Virus record (IMG/VR): IMGVR_UViG_3300027974_000039
Coordinates: 1-63,361 of that record
Length of the DNA: 63,361 nt
Strand: one strand, 5' to 3'
DNA from: a virus
Taxonomy: Duplodnaviria; Caudoviricetes
Shown: one piece after another, positions 59,450 to 63,361 of the stretch
Layout of the letters: every line of letters begins with the position of its first letter
Position numbering within the stretch: position 1 is the first letter of the stretch
Position numbers and translations under genes: made by a program
Notes under the pieces: generated by a model
Database searches by the model: none
What the model saw: only the letters and a program-made list of their open reading frames with translations
Told to the model about the DNA's origin: nothing

Positions 59450-60693
59450 ATACAGAAGCAACACTAATCTCTGCTATATGCAAGAATAAAGACATTAGCA
59501 CCGTTATGGCAGAGAATGTAGATGAACTATTTACTTCTCATGGAGATGTTTGGGATGGATTAAAGTCCTATTATAATAAGTTTAAGGCAATACCAGAAAT
59601 TGGAATCCTACAAGAAAAGTTTAAAGACTTTGAGCCAGACTTAAATGCAACAGCAGAGACTGCATATTATCTAGATAACCTTAAGAATGAGTTCTTATCT
59701 AGCAGACTAAAGAGTATTTTAATTCGTGGCGGATCCATGCTAAAAGAAGATGCAGCCTCTAGAGTAATTGGCGAACTTCAATCACAGCTTTCTAGTTTAA
59801 ATAAATATACTAATAATGTGCGTGACTTAGATATAACTGATGCAGATAATGCCATTAAGCATTTAGAGGCTCTGAAGGTCCGTACAGCCGAGATGGGCGG
59901 TTCTCCAGGCATCAAGACAGGGTTCCAGTCAATTGACCTTGCATACCCCACTGGAATGGCTCCAGGGCACCTTATAGTGGCCATTGGGTGGCCAGGACGA
60001 GGTAAGACATGGTTCACATCATATCTAGCCTGTAAAGCTTGGGAGCAGGGATTTAAGCCAATGATTGTTTCTCTTGAGATGACTCCTGAAAATATGCGTG
60101 ACAGAATTTATACTATGTTGGGGTCTGGCCTATTTAAAGCAAGCGACTTTGCTAAGGGTGATATTAATATTGATGATTTTAGAACTTGGTCTGGAAAGAA
60201 ATTTGCGGACAAGAATAAGTTTATCTTAGTTTCAAATGAGGGTTCTGGAAACGTAACTCCAAATGCTATTCAGGCTAAGATAGATCAGCATAAGCCAGAT
60301 ATTGTTATTCTTGATTACCACCAGTTGTTTACTGACAATAATAATTCAAAGGCACCAACAGAACGTAACATGAATATCTCTCGTGAGTTTAAAAACTTAG
60401 CGGTGAGAAATAACATTCCTATTATTGATATTACTGCTGCTACTGCAGACGATATTACAGATCAAGATAACCCACCTATGATGAGCCAAGTTGCTTGGTC
60501 AAAAGCAATTGAATACGATGCTGATATGGCTATGGCTATTCATAAATACAAAGGAACTGACATGATTGAAATTGTTTCCAGAAAGAATAGACACGGACAT
60601 GACTTCGGTGTATTCTTAGATTGGGATATTAACAGGGGTATAGTCAAAGAGATTTACGAAAATCCGTTTGCAGATGACGCACAAAAGAATTAA
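59446..60693 (+). CDS. dnaB: Replicative DNA helicase (DnaB-like)
   Basis: Walker A GWPGRGKT, SLEM, ILDYHQL, IEYDAD, KNRHG. Confidence 0.93.
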   Translation: MNTEATLISAICKNKDISTVMAENVDELFTSHGDVWDGLKSYYNKFKAIPEIGILQEKFKDFEPDLNATAETAYYLDNLKNEFLSSRLKSILIRGGSMLKEDAASRVIGELQSQLSSLNKYTNNVRDLDITDADNAIKHLEALKVRTAEMGGSPGIKTGFQSIDLAYPTGMAPGHLIVAIGWPGRGKTWFTSYLACKAWEQGFKPMIVSLEMTPENMRDRIYTMLGSGLFKASDFAKGDINIDDFRTWSGKKFADKNKFILVSNEGSGNVTPNAIQAKIDQHKPDIVILDYHQLFTDNNNSKAPTERNMNISREFKNLAVRNNIPIIDITAATADDITDQDNPPMMSQVAWSKAIEYDADMAMAIHKYKGTDMIEIVSRKNRHGHDFGVFLDWDINRGIVKEIYENPFADDAQKN

Positions 60694-60976
60694 AAGATTT
60701 CAAATTGATGTTGAGTTTAATGACGATAGTCAGATTATAAGCTTAAGACCTCAATACGAAAACTTATTAACACAAGACATGCGTGGCAAGGGATACATAA
60801 GAGTATTAGATATTGATCCAGCTTTCTCAATAGAGTTTACTGGAGAAACATGGAGATTCTTAATGACTCTCCATGGGGTATATGTGGGAAGGAAAAAGGC
60901 ATGGCAATTCGAGGGTACAACTCAAAACAAATTGATACCAAGGACTACGCCCCAAGCCACATTAAATCAGTTCTAG
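60674..60976 (+). CDS. Hypothetical protein
   Basis: ORF bridging helicase and primase. Confidence 0.65.
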   Translation: MTHKRIKRFQIDVEFNDDSQIISLRPQYENLLTQDMRGKGYIRVLDIDPAFSIEFTGETWRFLMTLHGVYVGRKKAWQFEGTTQNKLIPRTTPQATLNQF

Positions 60977-61896
60977 CTGAAATAGGACTTAATGTTGTTG
61001 GTGCTACAGGCAATGACTTTCTATGCTACTGCCCATTTCATTCCAATAGACATACCTCTAGCTTTAGCGTAAGCCAAACATCTGGTGCGTTCATTTGCTT
61101 CAACCCTGCTTGCGGAGAGACTGGCACTCTAATTGATTTAATTAAACGCACTATGCACAAAAATGATTTTCAGTCTTTAAGATTAATAGCAGCAAAAGAA
61201 ACAGAAGCGCTAGACAACTTTGATGAAATTATGGAAGACATGCTTGAAGAGAAGCCAGCCTTTGAAGAATTTTCGCAAGGCATATTAGATAGGCTTCACT
61301 CCGACCTTGCTAGTAATTCTAGTGCCAGATCATATCTTGAGTCTAGAGGAATTAACATAGAGTCAATGAAACATTTTGGACTTGGCTATTCGCCAGCAAT
61401 GAATATGGTAGTCACTCCAGTGCATAGCCCAGACGGAATGCCAATTGGAATAGTCGGCAGATCTATTGAGGGAAAGACTTTTAAGAATAGCACTAGCCTT
61501 CCAAAAAGTAAAACTCTATTTAACATTCATAGGGCAAAGAAAATTGGAGACCAAGTAATAGTTTGCGAATCAAACTTTGATGCAATAAGAATTCATCAGG
61601 CTGGTTTTCCCAACGTTGTTGCAACTCTAGGTGGATTTTTGTCTAACGAACAACAATCTTTATTGAATAGACATTTTAATAAGATAATAATTATGACAGA
61701 TGCTGATGAAGCTGGCAGAGAATTAGGCAAATCTATTTCTGGCAAGCTTAGGAATAAAGATATTTCTTGGGCCTCCTTTGGATATCGTGAGATATATCCA
61801 AATAAGGCTAAGGATGCGGGTGATTTGACTGAAGAAGAAATAAAAACATGCATAAAAAAATCAGTATCAGATATTGAATATCGCTCATGGATATGA
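60901..61896 (+). CDS. dnaG: DNA primase (CHC2 zinc finger + TOPRIM)
   Basis: CPFH...SFSV...CF...C, CESNFDA, VATLG, DADEAG, KDAGD; start uncertain. Confidence 0.92.
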   Translation: MAIRGYNSKQIDTKDYAPSHIKSVLAEIGLNVVGATGNDFLCYCPFHSNRHTSSFSVSQTSGAFICFNPACGETGTLIDLIKRTMHKNDFQSLRLIAAKETEALDNFDEIMEDMLEEKPAFEEFSQGILDRLHSDLASNSSARSYLESRGINIESMKHFGLGYSPAMNMVVTPVHSPDGMPIGIVGRSIEGKTFKNSTSLPKSKTLFNIHRAKKIGDQVIVCESNFDAIRIHQAGFPNVVATLGGFLSNEQQSLLNRHFNKIIIMTDADEAGRELGKSISGKLRNKDISWASFGYREIYPNKAKDAGDLTEEEIKTCIKKSVSDIEYRSWI

Positions 61897-61950
61897 TATA
61901 CTAAAACAACAGATGGATTTACACCATCAACTATATAAAAAGGAGATACA

Positions 61951-62628
61951 GTGGGTATCGTAAAAGGTCTAAAAGGATTAAATCAGGTTATGGACAAGCC
62001 TTCATACAGCGAAGGTGACGGAACAAAGGCACGTTGGGCAAAGCTAGAAGATGCAGAAAGCGTAAAAGTTCGTTTCTTGCAAGAACTAGATCCTGACTCA
62101 CCAATGTACAACGAAAAAAATGGTTTGGGTTTTATTGCTGTAGAGCATACTAACCCTAAAGACTACAAGCGCAAGGCACTATGTTCAATGGAAGATCAAG
62201 GCAAGTGCTATGGTTGCGAACAACACCGCAAAGATTATAAGGCGGGATGGAAAGGTCGTTCACGACTTTACATGAACGTATTAATTGATGATGGCAAGGA
62301 AGAGCCATACGTAGCAATTCTTTCTCAAGGTTCAAGTGGTAAGACAATCACGCCAACCCTTATTGAGTATGCTGGCGAGATGGGTTCTATCAGTAATTTA
62401 ATGTGGCGTATTAAGCGTACGGGCACAAAGACAGATACAAGTTATACAATAATTCCTTTAGCTAAGGATGAAACACCATTTGATTCCACAGCACTTGAAT
62501 TGTATGATTTGGAAACAACAGCAATTCGAGACTTGCCCTACACAGAGCAAGAAGGATTCTTTAATGGAGAAGGCGGAAGCCACGAAGCTCCTGCAGCTTC
62601 GGACTCAGACAGCAATTTAGTCTGGTAA
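61951..62628 (+). CDS. Single-stranded DNA-binding protein (T4 gp32-like)
   Basis: KVRFL, H...C....CYGC zinc site, KRTG...DTSY, acidic tail; AGGAG SD with GTG start. Confidence 0.8.
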   Translation: MGIVKGLKGLNQVMDKPSYSEGDGTKARWAKLEDAESVKVRFLQELDPDSPMYNEKNGLGFIAVEHTNPKDYKRKALCSMEDQGKCYGCEQHRKDYKAGWKGRSRLYMNVLIDDGKEEPYVAILSQGSSGKTITPTLIEYAGEMGSISNLMWRIKRTGTKTDTSYTIIPLAKDETPFDSTALELYDLETTAIRDLPYTEQEGFFNGEGGSHEAPAASDSDSNLVW

Positions 62629-62639
62629 CTATTTACAGT

Positions 62640-62673
62640 CAGGGGCAGTCTATTGACTGCCCCTGCTTTATTT
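62640..62673 (+). terminator. Intrinsic terminator containing the -35 box of the next promoter
   Basis: CAGGGGCAGTC-TATT-GACTGCCCCTG then CTTTATTT. Confidence 0.75.
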
Positions 62674-62687
62674 AGTAGAATAACATT

Positions 62688-62894
62688 ATGCTTACATATG
62701 AAATCCCAGATCCGTTTGAGACATTTGTTGCTAATAAATATAAAGACTATAAAGGAATGCTATACGACTTCTTTGCAAGGGAATGGTATTTAAAAACTGC
62801 ATGTTGTGGAGAAGATCTTTACGCACCAAACAAAAAGACTATGACTAAGATAAGACTTTATCATACAAGAAACGAATGCATGGGCGGGTATTAA
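62688..62894 (+). CDS. Small Cys/His protein
   Basis: 68 aa; leaderless-type promoter; TAATG-coupled to dnaE. Confidence 0.65.
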   Translation: MLTYEIPDPFETFVANKYKDYKGMLYDFFAREWYLKTACCGEDLYAPNKKTMTKIRLYHTRNECMGGY

Positions 62895-63361
62895 TGAGTT
62901 TTACACACCTACACGTTCATTCATATTATTCATTAATGGATGGACTGAATTCACCTAAAGAATTATGCCAAGCAGCGCTAGATGCTGGGCAAACTGCGAT
63001 TGCAATTACAGACCATGGTACTCTCTCTTCACACAGAGATATGCAAATTGCCGCAAAGGAAATTGGCATTAAGCCGATTCTTGGTGTTGAGGCGTACATT
63101 TCTCCAACCGATAGATTTGATAGATCTTCTAAGACAGATAAATCTATTCAGGCCTATAACCATATTATTTTGTTGGCGAAAAATAAAAAGGGGCTGGAGA
63201 ATATTAATGCTCTACAGGAGCTGGCATGGAACGAAGGCTTTTATCATAAGCCCCGTATTGATAGAGAGGTTTTAAATGATTATAGCGAAGGTATTATCGT
63301 TCTCAGCGGATGTCTTAATGGACTCATTAGTAAGGCTATCGATAAAGGTAACATGGAGGAA
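62894..63361 (+). CDS. dnaE: DNA polymerase III alpha subunit, N-terminal PHP domain (truncated by window end)
   Basis: MSFTHLHVHSYYSLMDG, AIAITDHG, IKPILGVEAY, HIILLAKN..G, FYHKPRID, LSGCL; absent from the ORF track because it has no stop in the window. Confidence 0.95.
   Translation, partial: MSFTHLHVHSYYSLMDGLNSPKELCQAALDAGQTAIAITDHGTLSSHRDMQIAAKEIGIKPILGVEAYISPTDRFDRSSKTDKSIQAYNHIILLAKNKKGLENINALQELAWNEGFYHKPRIDREVLNDYSEGIIVLSGCLNGLISKAIDKGNMEE

Noticed and set aside
62982-63275. 97-aa ORF from the track
   Set aside because: Out-of-frame overlap with the clear dnaE reading frame
1-63361. Stop-codon recoding, tRNA genes, integrase/prophage boundaries
   Set aside because: Genes are intact in the standard code and use TAA, TAG and TGA as stops; no cloverleaf, integrase or host genes were recognised by eye

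Overview
This is a 63 kb slice of a large, AT-rich tailed dsDNA phage genome with a siphovirus-type tail module. The host is probably an actinobacterium such as the low-GC freshwater lineages. That is inferred from leaderless TANNNT-N6-ATG promoters and the holin and replication gene types; a canonical parS site is also present. Gene order: (1) accessory enzymes (SGNH-like protein, TylF-like methyltransferase, flavin-dependent halogenase, 2OG-Fe(II) oxygenase, lysozyme-like protein) and class II ribonucleotide reductase; (2) a ~22 kb fibre/adhesin module interleaved with six more 2OG-Fe(II) oxygenases and two DUF6065-like genes; (3) portal, protease/scaffold, capsid, neck, tail tube, frameshifted tail chaperone, a 2878-aa tape measure protein and tail tip genes; (4) a replication module (DnaB, DnaG, gp32-like SSB, DnaE cut by the window end). 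No terminase, integrase, tRNA or CRISPR array was seen. The best candidate for a new system is two adhesin-like proteins that end in the same cassette, a Pro-Pro-Phe-Phe repeat peptide followed by a terminal 153-aa Hint domain, with prolyl-hydroxylase-like genes downstream of each. Also notable are a tape measure protein built from linker-delimited cargo cassettes (one kinase-like), the parS site and an EF-hand holin. All assignments come from reading motifs by eye; no database searches were run.
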